From Antechinus flavipes (taxonomy: Eukaryota), in NCBI RefSeq assembly GCF_016432865.1, contig NC_067403.1, forward strand, positions 258,044,001 through 258,090,231: 46,231 bases of DNA, given 5' to 3'. Under the pieces are notes generated by a model. It was not told where the DNA came from and made no database searches. It was given only the letters and a program-made list of their open reading frames with translations. Numbering within the stretch: position 1 is the stretch's first letter; each line of letters opens with the position of its first letter. Position numbers and translations under genes: made by a program. Positions 12,039-23,500 of this stretch are shown piece after piece.

Positions 12039-12492
12039 AAATGAGTGCTTACAAAAATAAACCATATTACTCATTATACATCTCCAAAAGGGTCTGACTT
12101 CAAGGAAGGTTGGCAGCACACTGTATTACATAAATAGAATTAAGCTCAGAAAGAAAAAGTCCATCAGAACCCCACAAACTTGGCTGCTGGTATTCTGACC
12201 AAGACACTGAAAATGACAGAACGAGAGGAAGCAACCAAGAGGGGTCTGGAAGCAGCACCCGATCTGGTACAATGATTGCTGGCCTGGCCCTTGGTCAACA
12301 TGATTCTTAAAATGATAAAGGAAGCAGCGATTCTTTAGTAACGGTGGCATTAGATAGAAATTAAATCCTTTGAAGTAGCTGGCGTTTCTCCTAAATTGCA
12401 CCAAAATCATTTGGAAGCACTTGGTTTGGTCTTAGGCAAACTGAAAACGAGGGGGAGGGGGCTCCGCCGCCCCGAGCTGCCGCGTCCCCCCC

Positions 12493-13557
<1,065 letters not shown>

Positions 13558-13964
13558 TTATTTTACAAAAAGTCTTTCCATAGGGACCTTTAAAGCCGCG
13601 GTTCTCAATGGGAGTTTTACCATAGCAGATTGGCCCTCAGAATGCTGGGGAATTAATGTACACCCCAGAGCCCCTCCCTGCTCTCCCAGCAGTCTGGGCC
13701 CGTGGCAGTCAGGAGGCCGGGCCAGGCCCCCCCCCCCCAAGGGACTCGTGCCAAGCTTGGCCCTGCAGGGCCTGCTCCCGGGGCCCCGAGGTCCGTGCAG
13801 TGACCTCTGCTGCCTCCTTCGCCTGGCTGCGCCTCCAGCTTCCCTTAGGATGAGGGCCCGAGTTCCAGCCCCACAGTCCCCAGGGGGTCCCCGCAGCCCC
13901 CGCTCTCCCGGCTCCCTCCTGGACACCGTTTAGACTTCCTACTGAGCCCCCAGATGCCCAGTAC

Positions 13965-14081
13965 CTGCGACGAGTTCTTGGATCTCCTGAGAGCTGGCAT
14001 TTTGGCACAGCACCAGCTGTGGACATTCGAGGACGACACAAAGCTGCGGCTCCTTTGGGGACCACCTGCAGAAAAGCTGAC
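13965..14081 (-). CDS. C11orf24: C11orf24 internal 117-nt phase 1-1 exon, (G)QLFCRWSPKEPQLCVVLECPQLVLCQNASSQEIQELVA
   Basis: Acceptor ttcccatag|GT and donor GCAG|gtactg. It preserves the frame between the flanking exons and carries 4 Cys. Confidence 0.88.
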
Positions 14082-14859
14082 CTATGGGAAAGGCAGAGAC
14101 CCCGGGTGGGAGAAGGGAAACCACTGCGGCCCAGCATGCAAAGAACAAGGCCCAGCTCGCGAAGGTCCCCACTACTGAGAGCTGCCGGGGTGCTGGGGGG
14201 CCCTTCCCCACTGTGGCCCCACTCAGCTCCTCTGAACAAAGATCGGGGTGCCGGGGCCCCCAAGCCCTTCTGGTCCCCCCACCCAGGCCTAGAGCTAGAG
14301 CTAGTGCATCCAACAAGGGAGGGCCTGGTGGGGGCAAGGCTGGACCCGGGCCTGCTTCCACCCCCCAAACGGTGACATCAGAGCCGGGCACTCGGGTTTG
14401 GGAGAAGGCGTCTGTAGCCCCAGGGATGGTCGAGGTCTCACAACCCTGGGCAGCGGCCCCACAGAGCAGAAAACGCCCAGAAAACTTCCCCTTCAGAGGC
14501 GGGAGGCTGTGGGGGCGGGGATCACAGCAGACCCTGGCCAAGTCCTAGCCCTCTGACCTTGTGCAGAGGCAGGGGGAAGGGTGACTCCCCTCCCCCCCGG
14601 GCCCCTCCTCCTGGACACTCTAAGACCCCGAACTCCAAAGCTCCATGGGAGGAGCCCTGCCTCTCCCCTCCCCACAGTTCCTTGAGGGCAGGCACCCCAG
14701 TACGGGGCCTGGCACCTAAAGGCCCAAGAGAGGAGGTCCGGAGCGGAGGCAGAAATGAGACACTGGTCCGCGGTCTGGGCGGGGAGGGTGACGCCCCGAG
14801 CAAATGAGGAGAGCGAGGGATCGTGGAGAAGGGAGGAGAACGAGAACGTTCTGGAAGGC

Positions 14860-15860
14860 AGAACGGGCGGCTCTGATGACATTGAACCAAAAAGGTTTGC
14901 CCAGAACCGAGACGAGGGAAGCAGAAAGCTGGGGAAGCCTCACAGCAGCGACTCCGACAAAGGCCTCGTTTCCAATCTACGTAAAGCGTGGCCTCTGAGT
15001 CACTCCGCAAGTGACAAACGGTCAAAGGACACGAACGGACAACTTTCAGACAAAGAAACTAGAGCCATCTCTAGTCATGCGAAAAAATGCTCTAAATCAC
15101 TTCTGATGAGAGAAACGCAAATGAAGACAATTCTGAGGTAGCACCTGGCACCTCTCAGAGCCGCCAAGATGGCGAACGTTGGAGGGGCTGCGGGAAAACC
15201 GGGACCCTGATGCATTGTGGGTGGAGCTGAGAACGGATCCAGCCGCTCTGGGGAGCAGCCTGGAACTCCGCCCGAAGGGCCCTCAACCGGGAATCCCTCT
15301 GACCCAGCAGGGCCTGTATCCCAAAGGGAGCTCAACAAAGGGGGGAAGGGGCCCGCAGGTGCCAGAACGTTTGTAGCACTGCTTTTTATGGTAGCAAGGA
15401 ACTGAGGGGATGCCCATCGGCGGAGAATGGCTGGACAAGGCCTGGCAGATGAAGCCAAGGAATCTCACTGCGCACAATGAAGAGCAGGCTGATTGTGGGA
15501 GGGCCTGGGGAGATTTACACGAACTGAAGCTGGGAGAAAGGAGCAGAGCCAGGACCACGTTCTACAGATGATCAACCACCACAGACGCGGCTCTTCTCGC
15601 GGGCCAGCGGCCCGAGGCAATCCCGATAGACTTTGCACAGAAAACGCCACCCGCCTCCAGAGAGAACCGGAGGCTGAAGGTAAATCAGCACCGGCTCTGT
15701 TCACTTCTTTTCCCTTTTTTCTATTTTTTCCTCTCATGGTTCTTCCCTTTTGTTCTGATTTTTCTCTCTCAATGGGAATCATAAGGAAACCGTGTCAAAA
15801 TAAAAACGTAGACGTAGAACCAAAAATGTTTTTACGTGTGACAGGTAAGTACAAATAAAA
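14860..15860 (+). mobile_element. L1 3' end, strongly GC-shifted, in a C11orf24 intron
   Basis: ORF 14755-15141 SDKGLVS...KCSKSLLMRETQMKTILR aligns to L1 ORF2; 3' UTR and A-rich end at about 15850-15880. Confidence 0.93.
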
Positions 15861-15964
15861 ATTCCTTAAAAATTAAAATTAGAAATCAAGACACAATAAA
15901 ACAAAAGGTAGCAATAAAGATGCAATGACGTCCTTTCTCCCTAACATCCCTGATGTCAAGGAGT

Positions 15965-16080
15965 ACAAATGCTTCCCCATTTTACAGATGGGAAAGCTGA
16001 GGCTCAGAGACGCCTCCTCACAGACCACCACAGCCTAGGGACAGAGACGGGATCTGAACGGGTTCCCCTCACTCCAGAGG
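15965..16080 (-). mobile_element. MIR fragment
   Basis: ccccattttacagatgggaaagctgaggctcagaga CORE. Confidence 0.8.
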
Positions 16081-16254
16081 CGGGCAGCAGCGATCTGCCC
16101 GAGGGCACATCCCTCGGGGTGTCACCCTCTCGCTGCCGACCCGTCCTTAATTCAGATCTTGGCCAAAGAGGGGAAGCCAGGCTGTCCGGGGGCGGGCACA
16201 CCCAGGCCTCAGACTCCCGGTCCGGGGGCATCGGCTCACCTGTCCTGTTGCCAC

Positions 16255-16414
16255 CTGTCGGGTTCGAGTCTCTGCACAGTTGCTGGCACTGAACTTCGTT
16301 TGTGACATTCTGCACCCCGAGCACCTGGGCCGAGCTGTTTCTCAAGGGGCTCTGCTGGTCTGACCAGGACAAGGACAAGGAAGAAAGCAGAAGGCAGGCC
16401 GCGGGGGCCCACAT
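16255..16414 (-). CDS. C11orf24: C11orf24 first coding exon (exon spans 16500-16255): signal peptide MWAPAACLLLSSLSLSWS and start of the Cys-rich module
   Basis: aagATGT start; MW-hydrophobic-SLSLS resembles human MWTALVLIWIFSLSLS. Acceptor cctaac...cctcttgttcgcag at 16501. Donor CAG|gtggca at 16254, with an alternative CAG|gtgagc at 16239. Confidence 0.9.
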
Positions 16415-16869
16415 CTTGAGGGCGGGCGCTCCAGGCGCGGCGTGGTGATCTCCAAAGCCCCCAGGGAGGGAGGACTGGCCGCTGCTCAACCGTGAGACAT
16501 CTGCGAACAAGAGGCAGGATGTTAGGAAGGCCTTCCTGGGAAGGGCGCGTCTGTCCCTGGCCAGGAATCCACGGGAAGGGACCCCACTTTCTCTGGGCGC
16601 CCCAGGGGTGAAGGGAGGCGCTCTGTAAAGGGAGACCCGACTTCTAGACACGCAATCCCAGGAGGCAGCAAGGCCCAAGGTCCGCTCCTGGATGAGAGCC
16701 TGCCTGGCTGTGGGATCCCAGTCCCTCCCAGCCTCCATCTTCTTGCCTGTAAAATGGGAATAAGCAGCCCCCCATGCCCCTGAGCTGCCACACATAAAGC
16801 ATTTTGCAAACCCAAAAGCAAGTGGGCAGCGCCAGCAGGAACTGGCTGCCACAAAGACCTGCCCGACCA

Positions 16870-17050
16870 TTCTAAGACCCCGTCTGGGGTTTTCTTGGCA
16901 GAGATATTGGAGCAGTTTGCCCTCTCCAGCTCGTTTTACAGATAAGGAAACTGAGTCAAATGTTTGCCCAAAGTCACCCAGCTAGGAAGTGTCTGAGGCT
17001 GGCTCAGGAGCATTGGGCCTGAGTGGAGGTCGTTCTAGCACCACCGAGCG
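16870..17050 (-). mobile_element. MAR1-type SINE (preceded by a MIR fragment at about 16700-16830)
   Basis: ggggttttcttggcagagatattggag...ttttacagataaggaaactgag. Confidence 0.8.
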
Positions 17051-17201
17051 GCCCTCATTCTCACTGCCACCCCCACGTCACCCAAGAAGTGTGTGTGTGT
17101 GTGGGGTCTCTTGGGCTCTCAAATAAGAACTGGCTGGAGGCGGAGCAGGCGGGTCATGACTAAGTAGAGAAGGGAGAACTGCTGGAAAGAGACAGGTAGA
17201 G

Positions 17202-17421
17202 GTGACCCCGGGCTAGAAAGTAGCCAGAAACGGGTGCCTGTGATCCCCCCTAGAAAGAACCAGAAACTGAGTGTGACCCCTGGCTAGAAAACCCCCCCAA
17301 AACTAGGTGCTTATGAACGCTGGCTAGAAAGCACTCAGAATCTGGGTGTTTGTGATCCCCCTAGGAAGGACCTAGAAATTGAGCATGTGACACCCCCTGC
17401 TAGGGCGCAGAAACGGGGCGC
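17202..17421. repeat. Degenerate minisatellite, 6 units of about 33-40 bp
   Basis: Recurring gtga(c/t)ccc..ctag(a/g)aag..cagaaac motif. Confidence 0.8.
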
Positions 17422-18639
17422 TTCGGCTCGGGGAAAGGCTCAGCAGAGAAGGCACCGGCTGGGGGGGAGGGCATCTTATTTAAAAGAAGGACCCTGCTTC
17501 GGTTCTTGCTTTTGTCCCAGCAGCGGGTTCTCGGGCCTCCGGCCTGGTGGGGGATGCCAGCTGACCAGACTGGCTGGGCTCCTTCCAGGCCTGGCCCCAA
17601 GGCCATCTCTGCTTTGAGCCCTTTCCTGCCGGGCCTCCCCCAAGACCCCCCCAGATAATATGGAAAGGGGCCCCCGCGGGGAAGGCAGCAGGGGAGAAAA
17701 CAGAGAACACGTGTGACAAAAACGAACGCCGTTACATGGAACGCTGCATTCTGGCCGGATTTCGGAGTCTACGCGGGCCCCCAGAGCCCACGGGATGTAG
17801 CAGATGCTTATGGGCGGGATCCAACGAAGAAGCGCTCCCCGAGCACCTGGCATGGGTCCGGTAACGCCCCAGGAGCTACCGGAGGCGAGTCACCAGTCCA
17901 GGGTCACCACCTGGTGCAAAGTCTGGTGGCAGGAAACTCTCCCACAAGGGCTGGGGGGGGGGGGGGACATACTGACCTGGAAGTCAAAGGGAGAGAGGGG
18001 GCGCGCTAGGAGTTGTGGCTTCCACTTCTTGCCAGCGGACTGGAGTCAGAAGGTGGGAGGGAAGCACGAGGTAGGGGAGGCAGGTTGAGGGCAGGGCTCG
18101 GAGGCTGGGGGAGGACTTTGGACAGGCTCCGATAAGGATCTGCTAAATCAACTTTCTCTTCTCTATCCCGCCGATCCTGGAGTCCAGAGGATCACTCACC
18201 CTCCCTCCCCATGGCTGGAGCCTTTCCTCCCCTCCTCCCCTCCTTTCATTGGCCCCAGCGCGGCCGTACCCGGCACGGTAGCCAGTGGCTCGGCCCCCCT
18301 GCCCCCCCAATGCCAAGCCTGCGCCCTCCTGTGCCCCCCTCGCTACAGGAGCTAGCACTCGCATTGCCTTCTCCTCTGCCAGACTTCCCAGGTGCTGAGA
18401 AATCTGGGGAACCCGAGATGGGTAAATCTCCTCTTTCACAGATGTGGGCAAGAGGCAGTGTGGCCCAGCGGTCGGGGGTGGCCTGAAAACCGACCCATAT
18501 GGCTCATGGGATGCTCCAGGCGGAGGGGTCGTGCTCGGGCTGCCCCCAGAGAACTGGGCTGCGAGTAACGACAAATAAAACCCCAGCAGCCCCCCGTGGG
18601 ACCCCCCGCCCTGCTAGGTCAGCCTCTGGAAGGAGAAGG

Positions 18640-19090
18640 GCGTCGTGTCCACGGGGATATATAGCAGCTCTTTCCATGGTGGTGAAGAACTGCGAACCGA
18701 GGGGCTGCCGGCCCTTGGGCGGAACCTCTCGCGCTGCTCAGAACCAGGAGGAGACGGCTCCCAGCAGCAGCAGCACGGCGCGGTCTTCGCCCGGAGCCAT
18801 TCGGCTCTGCTCGGCAGCACGGCGGTCCAGGACATCCCCAATGGGGAAAGCAGCTGCTCCCCGCCCGAGAAACAGTCTGAATGCAGATGGAAGCACAGCT
18901 TTTCAACTTTATTTTTCTTGTTTTTTTTTTTTGGGGGGGAGGGGTCGGTTCACATTCTCTTTCACAACAAATAGGAAAATGCTTCACGTGACCACACGCA
19001 CCACACGTGCAAAGATCAAAGATCAGCGTGCTCGTCTTCCCAACGAGGGGGAAGGGAGGAAATCCGGAACTGAAAATGATCGCGACTGCT
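18640..19090 (+). mobile_element. GC-shifted L1 3' end
   Basis: atagcagctctttccatggtggtgaagaactg (IAALFVVAKNW-like) and gtctgaatgcagatggaagcacagcttttcaactttattttt (marsupial L1 3' UTR). Confidence 0.75.
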
Positions 19091-19129
19091 ACGCGGAAAC
19101 AAACGCAGTGGCCGAAGCCGTTACCTGCC

Positions 19130-19330
19130 GGACAGCTCCACCTGACGTCGCATCGGAACTAGAAATCAGCGACCTCCAACAAAACTCCCGGAAAACCCGG
19201 CCCTCCTCCACCCCCTTTTCTCTCTGGACGGGAAGGTCGGCAGCCCGGTCATCCTCGACTCCTCCATCTTCCTCCAGCGGCTGCCAGCGCCTCCTTCTAT
19301 CTCCACAGCCCTTACCCGGCCCTCTCCCCT
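19130..19330 (+). mobile_element. GC-shifted L2 fragment
   Basis: gtcatcctcgactcctcc (VILDSSL motif) with preceding L2-like sequence. Confidence 0.6.
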
Positions 19331-22309
19331 CCGTTGGCACAAGTCTCTGCCTCCAGCCCTTCTCATCTTGTAACAGACATCCTGCTTCCGTTCTCTCCTC
19401 TCTAACCTTCTCCACAAAACCCCCGAACCCCCAATTTGATATTAAAAACCAAACCAAACATGAAAAGGTACAACTATGTCACCTCCTTACCCCCAAACCT
19501 TCTGTGGCTCCCTACTGCCCCTAGGCTAGTCACCCCCCCGGGCACCCCGTCCGTGACCTTCCTCCCCACTCTCACCCCCAAGCCTTCCCGACGCCCTTCT
19601 CACCCACGGCCCCGGCAGGGCCGCCATCTTGGCCATGAGCGAATGGTGCCCTTAGTTGGTCCCCAGTAAGGGCCAGGCAGATGGGCCCGTCCGGGTTTTC
19701 TCCTGGTGGGTCCAGGAGCTCAGAGCACAAAGAAGCCCAACAATTGGCTGAACGGTCCCGGGTACCCATCCGAGGGCCCAAGCCCCTGCAGGGGTGGACG
19801 GCGGAGCCTCCGCGCCCCAGGAGATCTCCGGGCAGGACGACTTACTCACAGTGGTCTCCCCCCTGCAGCCTCCAGGCCCGACCTCTCCCACCCCCCATTT
19901 CCAGCAGAGCCCGGCGCCTTGTCCCGGGTCACCCCGTCGCCATGAACGATTCTGACCTCTGGGCCCGGACGCTCGGCAGGACTTTGGTCCGGGCCCTGAC
20001 CAGGCAGGGATGGCACCGGCCGCTCGCTCTGCCCGCGGTCAGAGGGCAGACGTCGAGGGTCACGCCCGCTTCTGTGAGTGAAGGCTCCTTGTCCCCACAG
20101 AAGGTCCCCCGCCCCCCGCCCCCGCACAAAGGGGCCATTCAGCCAGCGTGGATGACTGAATGAATCAATGCTTGTTGAATAAATGCTGCTTCTCATCCAT
20201 CACTTCCCTCCTGGGCAACCTCTGCCCTACAGCGAGCACCGCTCCCCGATCTCGTCGTCCCCCCCTGGGCGCGGGCTCCCGGCTCCCACGTCTGAGCAGA
20301 GTCGGGGGCTGGGGGAGTGAGGGAGCGGAACGGGGGAAGGGCCCGGGCATCACACCAGTGACAGAAGCTGGAGCTAACTGCCCCGACCCTAAAGTGCCAC
20401 CAGAGCAACGTCGCACTTTGTCCAATACAAAGCCTCGTATTCAGTAGGTGCCCCATAAATGTTTCTCTGATTGCTTGCACTGGGTCAAAGGCACATGGGC
20501 TTGTAGCCAGGACACCGACAGCGGCTCCGGTCCCTCCCAATCCCTTTTTCTCCACCTCGGCCCCGACAGCTGCAAAGAGCACAGGGTAACGAGGGGCTGA
20601 AAGCGAGGGGGGTTGGTGAGATGCCCCCACCTTGCGGAGGCTGCAACGGGGACACTGGTCAAGCTGCCACATCAGCGGGAGGGTCCGAGGTCCCAGAACT
20701 TGGGCAGGAGGCGGGTACAGGGAGCGATTCCAAACCCGGGACCTCCTGGGAGGGCTCTGCCGGGGTGCGCGGCCCCCCGCGAGCGCTTCTTCGGGCCTCT
20801 GTGGCCCGGGCACTGGGAGGCTCACCAAAGGAAATCCACGTCTTTCAGGGAAGGATTCGGGGCCGACACAGTGCGCACCCCACAGCCCGGGAGCCGGGAC
20901 CTGCTCACTCCTGGGAGAAGAGACTCTCCCCAGCCTCGGGATGTCGGGGAGAATGAATGGAGAAAGACGGAGGCGGCAGCTCCCAAGCTGGGCCAGGTGT
21001 GGAGGGGCAAGAGCAGGGTCCAGAGGAGCGAAGCAGCAGCGCATGGGAAGGAGGCTCTGAGGCACTCGGAGGGGAGCTCTGGAAGGAGCCGCCGGGCATC
21101 CGAGGAAGGGTCCGGGGCAGCCGGGCCGGCCCCCCCGCCCCAAGCCGAGGCCCCTGTGCCAGTCTGGCAGCCGGGAGCTCCCGCCCTGAACGGTGTGAGC
21201 TAACCCCGAGGCGGGCACCTGGGGGGGTGCTGGGGGGAGGACACAGAGGCCCACACACACGCCCACCTCGAGGCACTTCCCTGGGATCCCTGCCCCCCCC
21301 AAGGCCCTGAGTGTCCCTTTGGAGCCGGGGTCACCACCCGCCTGGGTCCGCCTCTAACAGGGACTCGGGGAGTTGCCCCGGTGCCGGGCCAGCTTCTGCG
21401 CTTTCCTCACCCATTCGGGGGGTGCCACATGGAAGCCTCTGACAGCCTTGGGGCAGGAGCCGCCCAGAAAACGAGCAGGGGCGGAATCTTCCCTGCGGGG
21501 AGGTGGGAGCCCCCGGGACAGGACGAGGTGACCGAGGGAAGGTGGAGTGCGCCGGCGGGACGGAGGAGCCCGGAAGGGCCCCCCAGGGCTGCATGTGGAG
21601 GCCGCAGGGGAGGCTGGGGGGGCGCTGTCTGAGGAGACGGTTGCCCCGTGGGGGGAGGGGGGGCAGGGCGAGATGGAGCCGATCACAAGGTCAGGGCCCT
21701 GCCCACAGCAGGCGCGGTTCCGTTTGATGCCAGATCGGAGGGAGAATCGGCAGAGGCCGGAGGGTGGTGATGAGAAGGCCCACAGGGACCGACAGGGAAG
21801 GTGAGGGAGGGGGAGGCCCCCGGGGGTCCGCAGGGAGAGGTGGTTAAGGGTCCCGGAGCTGAGAGAATCCCGGAGTGACGCCATTCCTTAAACGTTGATC
21901 CGGTGCCCGCCCTTGTGGGTGGCCCTGAGCCGGGCCGGGGGCAGCGGGCAGGCTCGGCCTCCCGGAGCTCTGGGGACCAGGAGGAGGAAGCGGCCAGGGC
22001 CGAGTGAGCGCCATGGGCACTCTGTGTGCCAGGCCTGGGAGGCCTCTGTGCCGCTGAGCTCTCTAGGGCTCTGGGGGACCCCAGAGGGAATGGGGAGAGA
22101 CGGGGAACGGGCGCCTGCAGAGGGGGGTGGGCGCCGGGTGAACCCTGGGGCTGATGTCCCGGGAGTCAGGGGAAGCAAACCCTCCCCCAGGCCTAGGCAT
22201 TCGGGGACACCCTCCCCACCCCGCCAGGCTGGCTGCTCCCTGCTCAGCCCTCCTCCCTGGCAAGGGCTAACGGTGCTCCGAGGCCCGCCCCTCACCTGGC
22301 AACCCAGAG

Positions 22310-22500
22310 CCCGGCCAGTGCTACCTGGAAGGCAGAGGTTCTGGGTTCAAATCCTGTCTGACAATCAGCACCCATGGGGCCCTAAGTACAACATGCCCTC
22401 CCAGGCCTCAGTTTCCCCATCTGTAAAAGGAGCTGGATTCCCCCTCCCCCCCGGGCCTCAGTTTCCCCAGCTGTCCAGCGTCGGACCAGGTGACCCTAAG
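22310..22500 (+). mobile_element. MIR (two CORE segments)
   Basis: ctgggttcaaatcctg B-box and ggcctcagtttcccca CORE present twice. Confidence 0.8.
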
Positions 22501-23500
22501 CACCCAACCCAGGCCCGGCTCCACGCGCAGCTCGAGCCGGGTCGAGGAGGCTTTGGCCAAGTCTCGCGAGAGAATGCGGAACCCCCTCCCCCCCTCCGCC
22601 CCCTCCCGCGACCACCGCCCTCCCGTCTCCCCTGGCAACGGCCCCTAGCAACCGGCCCCGGCATCAGCGCGGCTCTTACCGGGCGCGGCCCCGGGGAGGA
22701 GCGGCCGCCGCCACCTGCAGGCTGCAGGCGGCGCGGGAGAACACGGGGTCGGAGCGTGGCGGGCGCAGGACCGGCCACGGGCGCCAGGGAGCCCCGGGCC
22801 TCGGCCTTGGCCTCGGCCCCAGCTCTGGGCCCGCCCCGCCCCGCCCCGGAAAAGACGTCACCCAAGCCGGAAATCCAGGGCGCGCCCGGCCCCGCCCCGT
22901 AAGGCGCCACGTCCGTGGAGGGAAGGAGAGCCGGCCTCATCATGTACTCCGGGACAACCTCCGCTGAGGGCCGGGAAGCTCCCGCTCTCGATACCGCCGC
23001 CGGAGTCCGGTCCAAGGCCCGTTCCGGAAGTGAGGTGGACGGAACCCCGCGGCGCTGCGGTCGTCACCGGAAGCGGACAGGGGCGTGCCGGAAGTGAATG
23101 GGATGTCCCGGAAGTGGGTGGGGTCGGTGACGAGGTTACCAGTCCCGGGACATTGGGTGAGCGGCTTGTGGGGCAGTCAGCCGAGGGTCCGAGGTGGAGG
23201 CGGCGGCGGCAGCAGCCTTGGGATCCTCGCGGTACAGATGAGGAAACCGAGGCCCAGAGAAGTCGCGTCTAGAGCCTAGGGTCGCCCCGCGAGAGTCTAG
23301 GAAGCCCGGTTCGAGTCGGGCCCTGAGATCAGGGAGTTTTAGTGGGAAGGTGCCTTGGGCGACGGGGCCGGGGCCGCTCGCTCCCAAATATCCGGCCCTC
23401 GTCAGGGGCCCGACCCGGGGGAGCTTCGAAATGCCTCTCGAAGGCCGGCGGAAGCCCTCCACCGCTCCAGGACCGTGGCCGCCCCCGCACTGGTGCTTCA
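22500..23500 (-). promoter_or_regulatory. C11orf24: CpG island, the probable C11orf24 promoter and non-coding exon 1
   Basis: Dense CpG and GC boxes; four CCGGAAG ETS sites at 23024-23115; strong minus-strand donor CCG|gtaaga at 22680/22679. The TSS is not determinable from sequence. Confidence 0.8.
23215..23330 (-). mobile_element. GC-shifted MIR inside the CpG island
   Basis: tacagatgaggaaaccgaggcccagaga CORE. Confidence 0.75.

Noticed and set aside
14061-14076. Alternative acceptors inside the 117-nt exon (gtcag| and ttctgcag|)
   Set aside because: They shift the frame by 5 or 16 nt and remove the conserved-looking C-x-WS motif.
17720-19860. Candidate C11orf24 5' UTR internal exon (minus-strand donors near 17735, 18200 and 19850)
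   Set aside because: Several plausible donors but no convincing paired acceptor; cannot be resolved without transcripts.
20193-22902. Long ORFs (369 aa, 335 aa, 196 aa)
   Set aside because: Low-complexity G/P/R/A composition, open in several frames and both strands, typical of GC-rich introns.
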